A DNA stretch of 64,000 bases from Candidatus Campbellbacteria bacterium (lineage in GTDB: Bacteria > Patescibacteriota > Minisyncoccia > Phycocordibacterales > GCA-2747955), in assembly GCA_947311625.1 (NCBI GenBank), contig CAMZKW010000001.1, positions 15,776-79,775 of the forward strand, in the 5' to 3' direction. The number at the start of each line of letters is the position of its first letter. Within the stretch, counting starts at the first letter, position 1. Of this stretch, positions 1 through 10,635 are shown piece after piece. The notes under the pieces were generated by a model that had not been told where the DNA came from, did not search any database, and saw nothing but the letters and a program-made list of their open reading frames with translations. The position numbers were made by a program, and so were the translations under genes.

Positions 1-66
1 TCTTTTTTTATTTTTTTTTGAAAACATAATTTTATTATAGCAGTTTTTTTATTGATAAAAAAATAT

Positions 67-87
67 GGGTGCGCCGAAGGCGCACCC
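67..87. terminator. GC hairpin gggtgcgcc/gaa/ggcgcaccc with A/T-rich flanks; probable bidirectional intrinsic terminator
   Basis: 9-bp GC stem read directly. The same architecture recurs at 12823, 25460, 28935, 34489, 40345, 47841 and 51016. Confidence 0.5.
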
Positions 88-189
88 AATTTCTTATTAA
101 TTTTTCTTTTTTCAAAGATAAACCAAATTTGTAATTATTATTAAAATTAAAAATATTGGAACCATCCAAAAAGTTTCTTTTAAATTTAA

Positions 190-1266
190 TCAATTTAAAA
201 GAATAAAAATTAAAATATAAAAAATCATTTTTGAACCCATGGATATAAAATTTTTATAAAAAGCAGTATGTAATTCATTTATCTCTTTTCCATGTTTAAA
301 AATATTTGTGTCAATGGGCATTCTTATGAAAAGAGAAAATATACCAATAAGTGCTACGGAACTATATAAATAAATCTCATTATCAATTAAAAGCCTTCCC
401 ATCCATATAAAGATTAAAGAAATAGATCCAAGAATGATAACTTTCTCTCGTTTTTCTTGAGATATGTTGCCAGATATAAAAGTAAAAACTAACGATGTAA
501 AAATAGCAATAATTGATATATAAGCCACGGAATCTAATTCTTTAAAAATTAAATATATAAAAACTGGAAACAAAATTGAATCAGCTGTTTCTGATATTTT
601 ATAAAGTCCTCAAGATGTAAAATTTTTCCTATTTCTAATATCTTTAAAATATTTTTTAAAATTTAATTTATCTTTAATTAATTTTTTATTACTTTTATAT
701 TTTTTTAGAGGAATTAATGAGAAAATAAAAAATAATATTGTTGTTGATAGTAAAATATTTTTATTTTCTGTGAATAAAATTATTAGAGCTCCAATGAGTG
801 GTCCAATAAATCATGCAAGAGTTGATATTATATTTATGATTATATTATTTTCTTTGGATTTTGATATTTCTTTTGTAGAACTCATTACTCCATAATAGAA
901 AGCAATATAATATATAGAGTCATAAAGAGCAGCAAAAATAGCCATCAAAGATAAGATTAATCAATTTCTATCATTTAAAAAAATATAACTCACAAAGAAA
1001 CCTATGGCAAATAGTGTTCCCAGTATATATGAAAACCTTTCTCCTTTATTTTCTAATATTCTTTTTGAAAATAAATTAAAAATAATGTCAAAAAAATGAA
1101 ATATTATATAGTATAAAATTACATCTTTTAGATTGAAACCAATATTAAGCATGATTATTGGAATAAAGATTGATGTTATGGAAGATGCTATGAAATTTAA
1201 AGATGAAGATAACTCTATCATTCAAAAGTTTTTAGATTTGCTGGCTATAAATTTTGTAATTTGCAT
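190..1266 (-). CDS. multi-pass membrane transporter (MFS-like), about 358 aa with TGA=Trp
   Basis: Track ORFs 190..573 and 961..1221 share one frame. Hand translation of 574..960 shows only TGA interruptions (610, 811, 961, 1222) and no TAA/TAG. Hydrophobic helices run throughout. An alternative start is at 1221. Confidence 0.55.
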
Positions 1267-1323
1267 AAATATATTTTAACATTTTTTCTTGAAAAAATAT
1301 TTTTTTTCTGTTATATTTAATTT

Positions 1324-1755
1324 ATGAGTTTTATAGGACAATTAACAGGTAGGGAAGAAAAACCTGTAACAGAAGAAAATGAATTAGATTCAAATTTAGA
1401 TTACCAGTTTGATATGGAAAATGAGGATACAATTTTTGATTTACCCATAGATGTTTATCAGGATAATGATAATATGTATTTGAGAGCTTTTATACCAGGA
1501 GTTAAACCAGAACATATAGATGTACATATAACTAGGGATGTGGTAGAGATTACAGGGGAAAGGGTTGAATCTGAAAAAATTGATTCAGATAATTATTCAC
1601 AGAGAGAATTAGTTTGGGGAAAATTTGAAAAAAAAGTTTTACTACCTAACGAAATTGATGTGGATAGAGTTAAGGCAAATACCATTCATGGAATGATTAC
1701 TTTAAAGATGCCAAAATTAGATAAGAATAGGGCAGTTAAAGTTTCCCTTAATTAA
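1324..1755 (+). CDS. small heat-shock protein, Hsp20/alpha-crystallin family
   Basis: Alpha-crystallin domain pattern (YLRAFIPGVKPEHIDVHI ... GMITLKMPK). Uninterrupted 143-aa ORF. Confidence 0.8.
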   Translation: MSFIGQLTGREEKPVTEENELDSNLDYQFDMENEDTIFDLPIDVYQDNDNMYLRAFIPGVKPEHIDVHITRDVVEITGERVESEKIDSDNYSQRELVWGKFEKKVLLPNEIDVDRVKANTIHGMITLKMPKLDKNRAVKVSLN

Positions 1756-1912
1756 AATTATATTAAATAATATTTTGATATTTTTTTTAAAAAAATGTTT
1801 TATTATTCTGTGGCTATATTTATCTATAGATTAGTTAAAAATTCATAAAAACTGATTAACTAGAGAATAAGAGATATAAAAAATATGAATTATAATAAGT
1901 AATTATTTGCTA

Positions 1913-1988
1913 CAAAAAAAACAAGCCTAAAGTTTGGTTTTTTCTTAAAGTTTTAGTTTGTGGTTAGCAGTGGCGGAGCAGCCGCTAA
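1913..1988. repeat. composite hairpin element, copy 1: AT-flanked hairpin acaagcc-taaag-tttggt followed by a degenerate GC hairpin
   Basis: aaaaaaacaagcctaaag(t/c)ttggttttttc is nearly identical at 1913 and 3329. Each copy is followed within 30 nt by a gcggc...gccgc palindrome. Confidence 0.6.
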
Positions 1989-2020
1989 TAAAATAATATA
2001 TCAGCTAGATTTTTTTTATT

Positions 2021-2500
2021 TTATTTATCTAAAAGTCTAAAAAGGACAATTCCAGCTGTTGTGGAAACATTTAAGGACTCTTTTTTTCCTCTCATTTTTA
2101 ATTCTAAAATTTCATCAGAATTTTTGAGAGAAAATTCATCAACTCCTAAATTTTCATTGCCAAAAATAAAGGCATTTTTTTCTCCCAAAGTTGCTTTTTT
2201 ATAATCAATGGATTTTGGGTCTTGTTCAATGGTAAAAAATTTAAAATTTTCTTTTTTTAATTTTTCAAAAATTTCTTCTACCTTTTCAAAATATTCTCAT
2301 TCCATAAAATTATGAGCACCCAAAGAACCCTTTTGAAAATCCTTTCTTTCTCTGCCAAATCTATCAATGGGGGTGGCTGAAAAGCCAGAAAGATAAATTT
2401 TATCAATTCCAATGGCGTCTGAAGTTCTAAAAATTGCCCCTACATTTAAAACAGAGCGGATATTGTGTAAAATCAAAACATTTTTTATTTTTTTATTCAT
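2021..2500 (-). CDS. SpoU/TrmH-class RNA 2'-O-methyltransferase, 159 aa, one in-frame TGA
   Basis: N-terminus NVGAIFRTSDAIG and C-terminus ESLNVSTTAGIVLF match SpoU motifs. The 480-nt frame is joined across the TGA at 2297. Confidence 0.65.
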
Positions 2501-2625
2501 TTTTGGATTATAACATAAGTTAAATTTTCAACACCCCAGGGGGTCATTTCATTTTCAACACCCGGGGTGGGGTGTTATTTTTAAAATAAAAAAAGACACT
2601 CTGGTGTGTTAAAATGTTTTAAGAT

Positions 2626-2955
2626 TTAGAATAGATTGAAATATTTTATAATTGAAACAATTGCAATTGCTCCCCAGAAGGCTTCTAAAAATAAATTTGA
2701 TCAATTTCTATCAACCCAAACTCTGATAGCTAAAAGAATTGCAGCGATTAAATTTAATATTGGATATAAAATATTTGATGATTCAATATAACCAAGAGAA
2801 TTTAAGCCATAGGCTAAAATTAAAAGAATTGTTCCTGCTCAACCAATAATTTTTACTTCTAAACTTGCAGAACTGTTTTTTACTTTTTTTTCATCTGTTT
2901 TTGGAGCAGGATTTTGCTTCGCAAAATCCTGCTCCATATTTTTATTTTCTTCCAT
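2626..2955 (-). CDS. small 3-TM membrane protein, 109 aa, two in-frame TGA
   Basis: Hand translation gives MEENKNMEQDFAKQNPAPK...IIGWAGTILLILAYGL...RVWVDRNW...; 330 nt from ATG to TAA. Confidence 0.45.
2903..2935. repeat. 33-nt perfect palindrome ggagcaggattttgc/ttc/gcaaaatcctgctcc inside the 5' end of CDS 2626..2955
   Basis: 15-bp arms read directly. It encodes EQDFAKQNPAP in frame. The arm motif gcaggattttg recurs in the leader hairpins at 10678 and 54640. Confidence 0.8.
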
Positions 2956-3000
2956 AAGAGTATTTTAACATATTTTTAATTATAAGCTAATCAATAAGAT

Positions 3001-3062
3001 TTATCCACAGCTTAGCTAAAAATTTACGAAAATCTATTGACAAAAAAAAAAAACGATAAAAT
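3001..3062 (+). promoter_or_regulatory. cassette promoter (class A): ttatccaca box, then ctattgaca, an A-run, and acgataaaat
   Basis: TTGACA at 3037..3042 and TAAAAT at 3057..3062 (14-nt spacer). The motif ctattgacaaaa...aaacgat(t)ataa(t) is shared with 28999 and 40413. Confidence 0.45.
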
Positions 3063-3117
3063 TCAATAGTATCTTCTTTTTTTAAAGATGGTACAAAATT
3101 TTTAAAAGGAGGATATT

Positions 3118-3213
3118 ATGCGATCAAAACAACTTCTTATTGATTTGACAATCGGTCGTGGCTCTGGAATCACTGATAGTCAATTTGTATCGGCTGTATC
3201 GGTTACTGTCTAA
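3118..3213 (+). CDS. orphan 31-aa peptide MRSKQLLIDLTIGRGSGITDSQFVSAVSVTV behind a strong SD
   Basis: aaaaggaggatattATG. GC-richer than the flanks. A second SD (gaaaggaggatatc) with a mini-ORF follows at 3264. Confidence 0.35.
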   Translation: MRSKQLLIDLTIGRGSGITDSQFVSAVSVTV

Positions 3214-3328
3214 ATGCCAAAAAGGCAAGGTGCCAAAAAAAATAAAAAAGAAAGGAGGATATCATGATGCCTAGAGATCCCCCTTTGGGGTAAAATGTAT
3301 GAATTACAATTAGTGATTCTTTAATAAT

Positions 3329-3396
3329 GAAAAAAACAAGCCTAAAGCTTGGTTTTTTCTTTTTTGGGGTTGGCGGCGGCGTAGCCGCCGCCAACC
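3329..3396. terminator. composite hairpin element, copy 2: AT-flanked terminator hairpin plus GC palindrome ggttggcggcggc/gta/gccgccgccaacc
   Basis: The first hairpin has A-run/T-run flanks, so it is probably bidirectional. The 13-bp GC palindrome (3368..3396) lies 18 nt past the tsaD stop. Confidence 0.55.
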
Positions 3397-3413
3397 AAAA
3401 CAACCTATAAAAG

Positions 3414-4616
3414 CTATTCTTTTATTTTACAAGTCATTTTTAATTTTAAATTCCCAAAAACCTTTGTTGGTTTTTTAAGATAATCTCCTTTTTTTAGTCT
3501 GTAAAATCCAGCCAAGGCAATCATTAAACCATTGTCACCGGTATATTTTTTATCTGGTAAAAAGACTTCTAAATTTTGAAATTCTTTTTCTAATTTTTTG
3601 AAATCCTTTCTTAATCGGTTATTTGCCGAAACTCCACCTCCAATAATTAAATTTTTGATTTGGTATTTTTTGATAGCTTTTTTTGTTTTTTTAATTAAAA
3701 CTTCTGAAACAGCATTTTCAAATTCCGCCGCTAATTCTTGCTTGAATTTTTGATCATTTTTTTTTCTTTCTCTAACTAGATATAAAACTGCAGTTTTAAG
3801 GCCTGAGAATGAAAAATCAAAATTATCTTTATTTAGCATTGGACGGGGGAGTTGGAGCGGCGGCGTAGCCGCCGCTCCATTTTCTTTCTTCCACTCCTCA
3901 GCCAATTTTGAAATTTTTGGACCACCGGGATAATCAATTCCAATTAATCGAGCAGTTTTATCATAGGCCTCACCAACAGCATCATCTAAAGTTTGTCCTA
4001 GAAGCTCATAATTCATTTCTGATTTAATCAAAATTAATTCTGTATGTCCACCAGAAATTAAGAGTGAAATAGTTGGGTATTTTAATTTTGCCACCTCAAA
4101 AATATTTTTTTCTTTGGATTTTTGAATTAAAGAAGAGAAAATATGACCTTCCATATGATTGGTGGGAATAATTTTTATTTTTCAAATTTCAGCCAAGGCC
4201 TTGGCAAAGTTAAACCCTGTTCAAAGTGACATTTCTAAGCCTGGTCCATAGGTTATGGCCACGGCTGACAATTTTGGTTTTTTATATTTTTCAAAAAAAT
4301 CGATTAAATTTTTTAAATTTTCTTCATCGCGGTTCAAAATTTTTTCTAACTTTTTTAATTCCTTTTTTTCTAATTTTTTTTCTTTTTTTCTTTTTTCTAA
4401 AAGTCCAGCCTTTTTAAGGGATTTTATAAAAATAGGGTAAAGGTTTTTTATATGCTCTCTTTTGGCTAAGGCAGGAAAAACTCCTCCATATTCTTTGTGT
4501 AAATCAATTTGAGATAAAACAATATCGGACAAAACTTCAAATTTATACTTTGACTTAAAATCAACAATAGAAATTGCAGTTTCATCGCAGGATGTTTCAA
4601 TGGCTAAAATTTTCAT
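3414..4616 (-). CDS. tsaD: tRNA N6-threonylcarbamoyladenosine synthase TsaD, 400 aa, two in-frame TGA
   Basis: MKILAIETSCDETA..., YGPGLEMSL-W-TGFNFAKALAEI-W-KIKIIPTNHMEGH, FDFSFSGLKTA. Junction 4155..4220 was translated by hand. Confidence 0.9.
3854..3878. repeat. 25-nt GC palindrome ggagcggcggc/gta/gccgccgctcc in frame inside tsaD
   Basis: It encodes GAAATPPL just before the conserved LPRPM. The core gcggcggcgtagccgccgc is identical to the intergenic copy at 3372..3390. Confidence 0.85.
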
Positions 4617-4789
4617 TTTTTAATTATAGCATTTTTTTTTTCAATGATGCTAGAGTATCATTTTCTAAAAAATCAGCTGAAGATGTTAGAAAAGTTCTAA
4701 ATCATAATTTAAAAAAACGAATATAATAAAAAAGGTAATTAAGTGAATTATAATTAATTTTAAAAAAAATAAAAATAGGAGGAAAAAAT

Positions 4790-4912
4790 ATGTTAGATGC
4801 TTTAATGGGTTTTTTGATTTGGTTTAAATGTATTTCTAAAGAAATTCAAATAGGCATTTTTCGCAAGCTCAAAAAAGGTTCAAACCCTGCAGGGCGCACA
4901 CTAAGAAAATAA
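4790..4912 (+). CDS. orphan 40-aa protein MLDALMGFLIWFKCISKEIQIGIFRKLKKGSNPAGRTLRK, SD-led
   Basis: aaataggaggaaaaaatATG. Trp is encoded by TGG. A hairpin at 4906..4931 follows. Confidence 0.4.
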   Translation: MLDALMGFLIWFKCISKEIQIGIFRKLKKGSNPAGRTLRK

Positions 4913-4931
4913 CTTTTTAAAAAGTTATTTT
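4906..4931. terminator. AT hairpin aaaataacttttt/aaaaagttatttt shared by convergent genes
   Basis: 13-bp inverted repeat read directly. It overlaps both stop codons. Confidence 0.45.
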
Positions 4932-5683
4932 CTTTTTTTATAAATTAAAGAAATTAGGGTGAATGATAAAATCAAAAGTAAATATCAAGAACCTATTTTT
5001 GAAAAAGAAACTCATTGTCATTTTTCAATCTGATTTGGGTAGAGTCAGATTTGATTAAATGTTGATATATTTTCAGCAAGTCAGATAAAAATTGAAAGAC
5101 TAAAAAAAGGTATTAAAAAATTTGTTGAATATTTTTTTTTTTGAATTTTAAAAATAATTTTTGTTTTTCAAAAAAGAATTGTTGAATAAATAAAAAGAAA
5201 ATATCTAAAATCAAAAATAAAGTGATGACTAAAAAAATTTAGATAAATTAAAATTGACAAAAATCAAAGATGAAAGTATTTTGGAAAATTTAGGAAGTCT
5301 AATTTAAAAAGTTTAAATAGTCTTGAAATATAACTTCCAACGGCAGAATAGAAAAATCCAGCAAAAAGAGGAACGGTTAATAAAACAAAATAAGAGTTAT
5401 TGATTTCAGGGTAATTTCAAGAAGAAATACTTTTACTAGTTTTGAATAATTCCATTAGAGTTGCTAAAATATGAAAGATAATAATCACAAAAAATTCTTT
5501 TTTATTTTCTTTTTTACTAAGAATTAAAAATAATTGAAATAAAATAGCAGAAATAAAAATAAAATCATATCTGGAAATATAAACTCAATTTATTTTTTTA
5601 GAAATTATTATTATAAATAATAAAAACAAGCCAAAAAAAGAGGCTCTTATGTTTTTAATTATTAATTCTTTTCAGAAATTCAT
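4925..5683 (-). CDS. multi-pass membrane protein (possibly DUF817-like), 252 aa, about 10 in-frame TGA
   Basis: Hand translation from ATG 5683 to TAA 4925 shows no TAA/TAG. The gene is invisible in the standard-code track because of dense TGA. Confidence 0.45.
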
Positions 5684-5684
5684 G

Positions 5685-5766
5685 TACCACTGGCCGGGGT
5701 CGAACCGGCATGGATTACTCCACACGATTTTGAGTCGTGCGCGTCTACCAATTTCGCCACAGTGGC
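5685..5766 (-). tRNA. tRNA-Leu(CAA)
   Basis: Cloverleaf gccactg...ctCAAaa..., long variable arm, T-arm gccggttcgaccccggc. Confidence 0.8.
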
Positions 5767-5862
5767 ATATTTTATTTTATTAAAAATAAAGTTTTTAAAT
5801 TATAACAAAAAAACCTGTAAAAACAACTTGATTTTTATTTTAAAAATGTTAAAATAATTCAA

Positions 5863-5924
5863 CTTCGGATTTATTCTCTCTGATCATCAACTTCCTCCTC
5901 TCTTGTAGAGGGAATAGTCCGAAG
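5863..5924 (+). ncRNA. candidate structured RNA / precursor hairpin upstream of tRNA-fMet
   Basis: cttcggatttattctctc ... gagggaatagtccgaag pair over about 17 bp. The apical part contains cctcctc. It lies downstream of a TTGATT ... tgttaaaat promoter. Confidence 0.3.
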
Positions 5925-5962
5925 ACATTTTAAAAAGCAAAATATTTTATTTGCTTATATAT

Positions 5963-6033
5963 CGCGGAGTAGAGGAACGGTACCTCGGGAGGCTCATAAC
6001 CTCCAGAACCTGGTTCAACTCCAGGCTCCGCAA
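5963..6033 (+). tRNA. tRNA-Met(CAU), initiator-like (C1:A72 mismatch)
   Basis: cgcggag...ggctCATaacc...ctccgca-a. The unpaired 1:72 position is typical of bacterial tRNA-fMet. Confidence 0.75.
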
Positions 6034-6093
6034 CAAAGAAAAATCTCTACAAAAAAGTAGAGTTTTTTATTTAAAAAATGTTATAATTTTTTT

Positions 6094-7113
6094 ATGAAAA
6101 AAAAAATACTTATTGTAAATAATGGTTCTACTTCTGTAAAAATGTCAGTTTTTAATTTAAAAGGTGATTTATTAGAAAGTATTATTTTTAGGAATGAAGA
6201 AAAAAAAGAGAAGCAGGAGTGGTTAAAAAAAATAGAAAATTTAGATAGGGTTGGATTTAGAATTGTTCACGGTGGTGATATAACAGGTATTCAAGAATTA
6301 AATAAAAAAACTTTAAAAAAAATTGAAGAATTTAAAATTTTTGCACCAATTCATAATTCTTTGGTTTTGTTGGAAATTGAAAATATGAGAAAAATTTTTA
6401 CAAAGCAAAAATTTTTCGGATATTTTGATACTGCCTTTCACCAAACAATTCAAGAGAGTATTTTTACTTATCCTATAAATCAAAAAATAGCAAAAAAATA
6501 TAATATAAGAAAATATGGTTTTCATGGAATTGCTATTGAATCAGCTTTAAAAAAAGTTCAAGAATTGCATAAAAGTGAAAATAAAAAATTACCAAAAAAT
6601 ATAATTTTTGCTCACCTTGGTGGTGGCTCATCTATTACAGCAGTAAAAAATAAAAAATCTTTTGCCACAACCATGGAATTAACCCCAATTTCAGGCTTAA
6701 TGATGACTACAAGGGTGGGGAATGTTGATTCAGATTTGGATAAAATTTTAGTACAAAAAATGGGAAAAACAATTTATGAGATTTCTGATATGTTAAATTA
6801 TGAATCAGGGTTTTATGGCCTTACTGGAAAAAAAGATATGAAAAAGATTTTTGATGAATGAAAAAACAAAAGTAATCAAAAATCAATTTTGGCAGTAGAG
6901 ATTTATTTAAAAGAAATTATTGAAAGGATTTCTGGTTTTACTGGACTTATGGGTGGGATTAATTTAATTGTTTTTTCTGGAGGCATTGGGTTTAAAAATA
7001 AATATTTAGCAAAAGAAGTAATAAAAAGATTGGAAAAAACTTTTGGAAAAATAAATTTTTTAAAAGTTGATGTTGATGAAGAAAGAATAATTTTTGAAAA
7101 AATAAAAAAATAA
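6094..7113 (+). CDS. ackA: acetate kinase, 339 aa, one in-frame TGA
   Basis: ILIVNNGSTSVKMS, FHQT, YGFHGIA, AHLGGGSSITA. Track ORFs 6094..6861 and 6889..7113 share one frame. Confidence 0.8.
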
Positions 7114-7231
7114 ACCTTGCTTTTTTTTTATAAAGAGTTATAATGTATTTAACTTTTGAGGATGTTTCTAACTATTTTTTAGGGTGAATCAGAGGAAGAA
7201 GTTAATTTTATAAAATTAATTAAAATATATT

Positions 7232-7489
7232 ATGTCAAATAAATTATTTGTAGGTAATCTAGCTTGAGAAGTTGGATTTGAAGATTTAAAAGAAGCTTTT
7301 GGAAAATTCGGAGAAGTTACTGATGCATTTGTTGCAACAGATAAATTTTCAGGAAGATCAAGAGGGTTTGGATTTATTACTTTTGCTAATGAAGAAGATG
7401 CTCAAAAAGCTAAAGCAGAAATGCAAGGTTTTGAATTAAAAGGTAGAGAAATCAATGTTGATGAAGCTACACAAAGAGATGAAAACTAG
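7232..7489 (+). CDS. RRM-type RNA-binding protein, 85 aa, one in-frame TGA
   Basis: [16 protein letters not shown]...RGFGFITF (RNP2/RNP1). The TGA sits at the conserved GNLxW position. Confidence 0.8.
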
Positions 7490-7529
7490 TTTTCATTTTT
7501 TTTATTAAAAATGTTAGAATAAATTTATT

Positions 7530-9059
7530 ATGAATCTATCAAAAATTTACTCTACACAGTTTGATATATTAAGTTCTTTTATAGTTGAAGTTGAAGTGGA
7601 TATAGTGAAAAATTCTGGCTCTCCAACTTTAAAAATTGTAGGATTACCAGATAAAGCAGTTGAAGAAGCAAAGGAGAGGGTTGTGACTGCAATAAAAAAT
7701 TCAAATTTTGGAAAACCTCAGGTTGATAAAATTATAGTATCACTTTCTCCAGCTGAAGAAAAAAAAACTGGCCCAATTTTTGATTTAGCAATAGCATTGG
7801 GTTATATTTTAGCCGATGAACAAATATCATTTAATTCTGATAATAAAATATTTTTGGGAGAGTTAGCATTGGATGGTGTTTTAAGAAAAGTTTCTGGTAT
7901 TTTGCCTATGGTTAAAATTGCGAAGGAAAAAGGTTTTAAGTCAGTCTATCTACCAAAAGAAAATGTTGAAGAAGCATCTTTAATCTCAGGAATAAATATT
8001 TTCCCCGTTGAATCATTAAAGGAGATTGTGGAACATTTAGAACAGGAAGAGAAAAAAGAAAAAGATTTATCAAAAATAATAAAACCTCATAAAAGTAAAA
8101 TAAATTTAAAAAATAAAAAAAAAGAAATTACTGATTTTTCCTATGTAAAAGGACAGGGGATTACAAAAAGAGCTTTAGAAATTTCAGCTGCTGGAGGACA
8201 TAATATTATGATGTATGGAGCGCCGGGAACTGGAAAAACTATGATGGCTAGAGCTTTTACCGGAATTTTACCAGAACTTTCCAATGAGGAGGCTCTGGAA
8301 ATTACATCTATACACTCTGCCGCTGGAGCTTTAAAGGATGAAATTTATATTTCTCAACCTCCATTCCGGTCACCACATCATACTTCCTCATATGTTTCCA
8401 TAATTGGTGGTGGAACTTATCCAAAACCAGGAGAGGTTACTTTGGCCCACAATGGAGTTTTATTTATGGATGAATTTGTAGAATTTGATAAGAGAGTATT
8501 AGAATCTCTAAGGGAACCCATGGAAGATAATTTTGTTAATATCTCTCGATCAAAGGCCTCAGTTAAATTTCCAGCTAACTTTATTTTGATTGCTGCCATG
8601 AATCCACCTTCAGAAGTTTTTAGAACAAAATCAGTTTCCTATGCTGAAGAACAGAAATTCAGAAAAAAACTTTCAGGACCAATTATAGATAGAATTGATT
8701 TGTGAACAGAGGTTTCTAAAATTGACCACAAAGATTTAATAAATAAAAATATCCAAGGTGAGAGTTCTCAAGAAATAAAACAAAGAGTTTTGAAGGCTCG
8801 TAAAATTCAAATGGAAAGATTTAATTCTGACAAATTAAATTCAGGAATGACCGCCAAGGATATTCAAGAAAAAATTGAACTTAAATCAGAGGTTAAGAAA
8901 ATTTTAGAAGATGCTGCTATGGCTATGGATTTTTCACCGAGAGTTTTTCATAAAATAATTAAATTAGGGAGAACAATAGCAGATCTGGAGGGAGGTGAAG
9001 ATATTGAAACTAAACATATTTTAGAAGCTTTGCAATATAGACCAAAGAATATTATTTAA
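7530..9059 (+). CDS. comM: Mg-chelatase-like ATPase ComM/YifB, 509 aa, one in-frame TGA
   Basis: Walker [26 protein letters not shown]. Track ORFs 7530 and 8790 share one frame. Confidence 0.85.
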
Positions 9060-9072
9060 ATAATATTTTTTT

Positions 9073-10467
9073 TTAAAATTCAAAATCATCATCTCCTCCT
9101 CCAGAATCTGAAGAAGTAGAGTAATCTCCAAAATTATCTTGTATTTCCATAAAAGTAGTTTTATTTTCATCGAAGAATAAATTAACTACACCAGTGGAAC
9201 CATTCCTATGCTTCTCAATAATAATTTTTGTTTCCTGAACAAGTCTTTTTCCTTCTTCGGGAGATTTATCTCTATGAATAAACATTACCACATCAGCATC
9301 TTGTTCGATGGAACCAGAATCTCTCAAATCAGAAAGTCTTGGTTCGGAATTTTCACCTCTGTGCTCAATATTTCTAGAAAGTTGGGAAAGGGCAATTACT
9401 GGAACATCAAGCTCCTTAGCAAGTTGTTTTAAACCTCTAGATATCTCTGTCACTTCCTGCACAGGTGAAGAATTTGGTCCAGTTTTAACGGGCGCCATAA
9501 GCTGTAGATAATCAACAATAATCATATCGAGACCATGTTTTCTTTTTAGTTTTCTGGCAGCAGATTTCATTCTCAAAACATTATTGTATGAATTGTCATC
9601 AATAAAAATTTTTGCCTGGGAAAGTCTATCTATTCCATCCCTAATTGCTGTAAAATCTTCTTCTTCTTTAATATTTCCAGTTCTCATTTTTCAAGCATCA
9701 ACTTGAGCTTCAGCTGAGAGCATTCTATCGGTAAGTTGTTCCTTGCTCATTTCTAAAGAATAAAATGCAACGGTTTTTTTACCTTCCACAGCAACTTTTC
9801 TAGCAATATCCAATGCAAGGGAAGTTTTACCCACAGAAGGTCTGGCAGCTAAAATTATTAAATCAGATGGTTGGAATCCTGATAATTTATAATCTATGGA
9901 TGCAAAACCAGATGGGACACCTCTTATTTTTTCACCACCATCTTGAAGTTTTTCTAATCTTTCATAGGAATCTTTAAGAGAATCTGATATTTGATGGAAT
10001 TCTGCATTTCCAATGTTTTTTGAAACTTCAAAAATTTCTTTTTCGGCTTTATCTATGGAGACCTCTGTGGATTCTTCCTCATCGTATCCAAATTCATTTA
10101 TTTTTTCTGAAGCTTCAATAAGATGTCTTTTAATTGCTTTTTCAGAAACAATTTTTGTATAGTATTCTATATTGGCAGCAGATGGGACAAGGGCAGATAA
10201 TTCTGCCAAGTATGTTTCTCCTCCAATGGATTCTAATTCTTTTTTATTTTTTAATTCTGAAGAAAGGGTTAATAAGTCTATGGGCTCATTTTTTTGGAAT
10301 AAATCCATCATGGATTTAAAAATAATTCTATGTTTATCGGAATAAAATGAATTGTCACTTATTGATTCCAAAACGTCAAAAATAGATTCTGATTTTATTA
10401 TTATGGAACCTAAAAGGGCTTTTTCTGCATCCACATTTTGCGGAGGAATTCTTAATTTAGTATTCAT
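9073..10467 (-). CDS. dnaB: replicative DNA helicase DnaB, 464 aa, one in-frame TGA
   Basis: PPQNVDAEKALLGSII, ARPSVGKTSLAL, IIVDYLQLM. Confidence 0.9.
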
Positions 10468-10566
10468 ATATAAATTTATTTTAACATTTTTAAAAAAACT
10501 AAAAAAATTATTTTTATATAAAAATGTATAAAAAAGTGTATTTTATGTTGATAAGATTAAAAAGAC

Positions 10567-10595
10567 TTGACAAATAAAATATATTATGATACAAT
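10567..10595 (+). promoter_or_regulatory. cassette promoter (class B): TTGACA, 17-nt spacer, TGaTACAAT
   Basis: cttgacaaataaaatatattatgatacaat. Near-identical to cttgacaaatagaatatatatgatacaat at 54533. Confidence 0.6.
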
Positions 10596-10635
10596 ACTAA
10601 TATATTTTGATAAGTTTTGTTTTTAAAAACAAAAA

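Noticed and set aside
3001-3009. Replication origin inferred from DnaA-box sequences (3001 TTATCCACA, 25172 TGTGGATAA, and degenerate boxes at 28973 and 40387)
   Set aside because: The boxes are isolated single sites tens of kb apart. They are not clustered and have no adjacent dnaA/dnaN or AT-rich unwinding element.
5863-5924. 4.5S/SRP RNA
   Set aside because: It lacks the conserved domain IV loops and a GNRA tetraloop.
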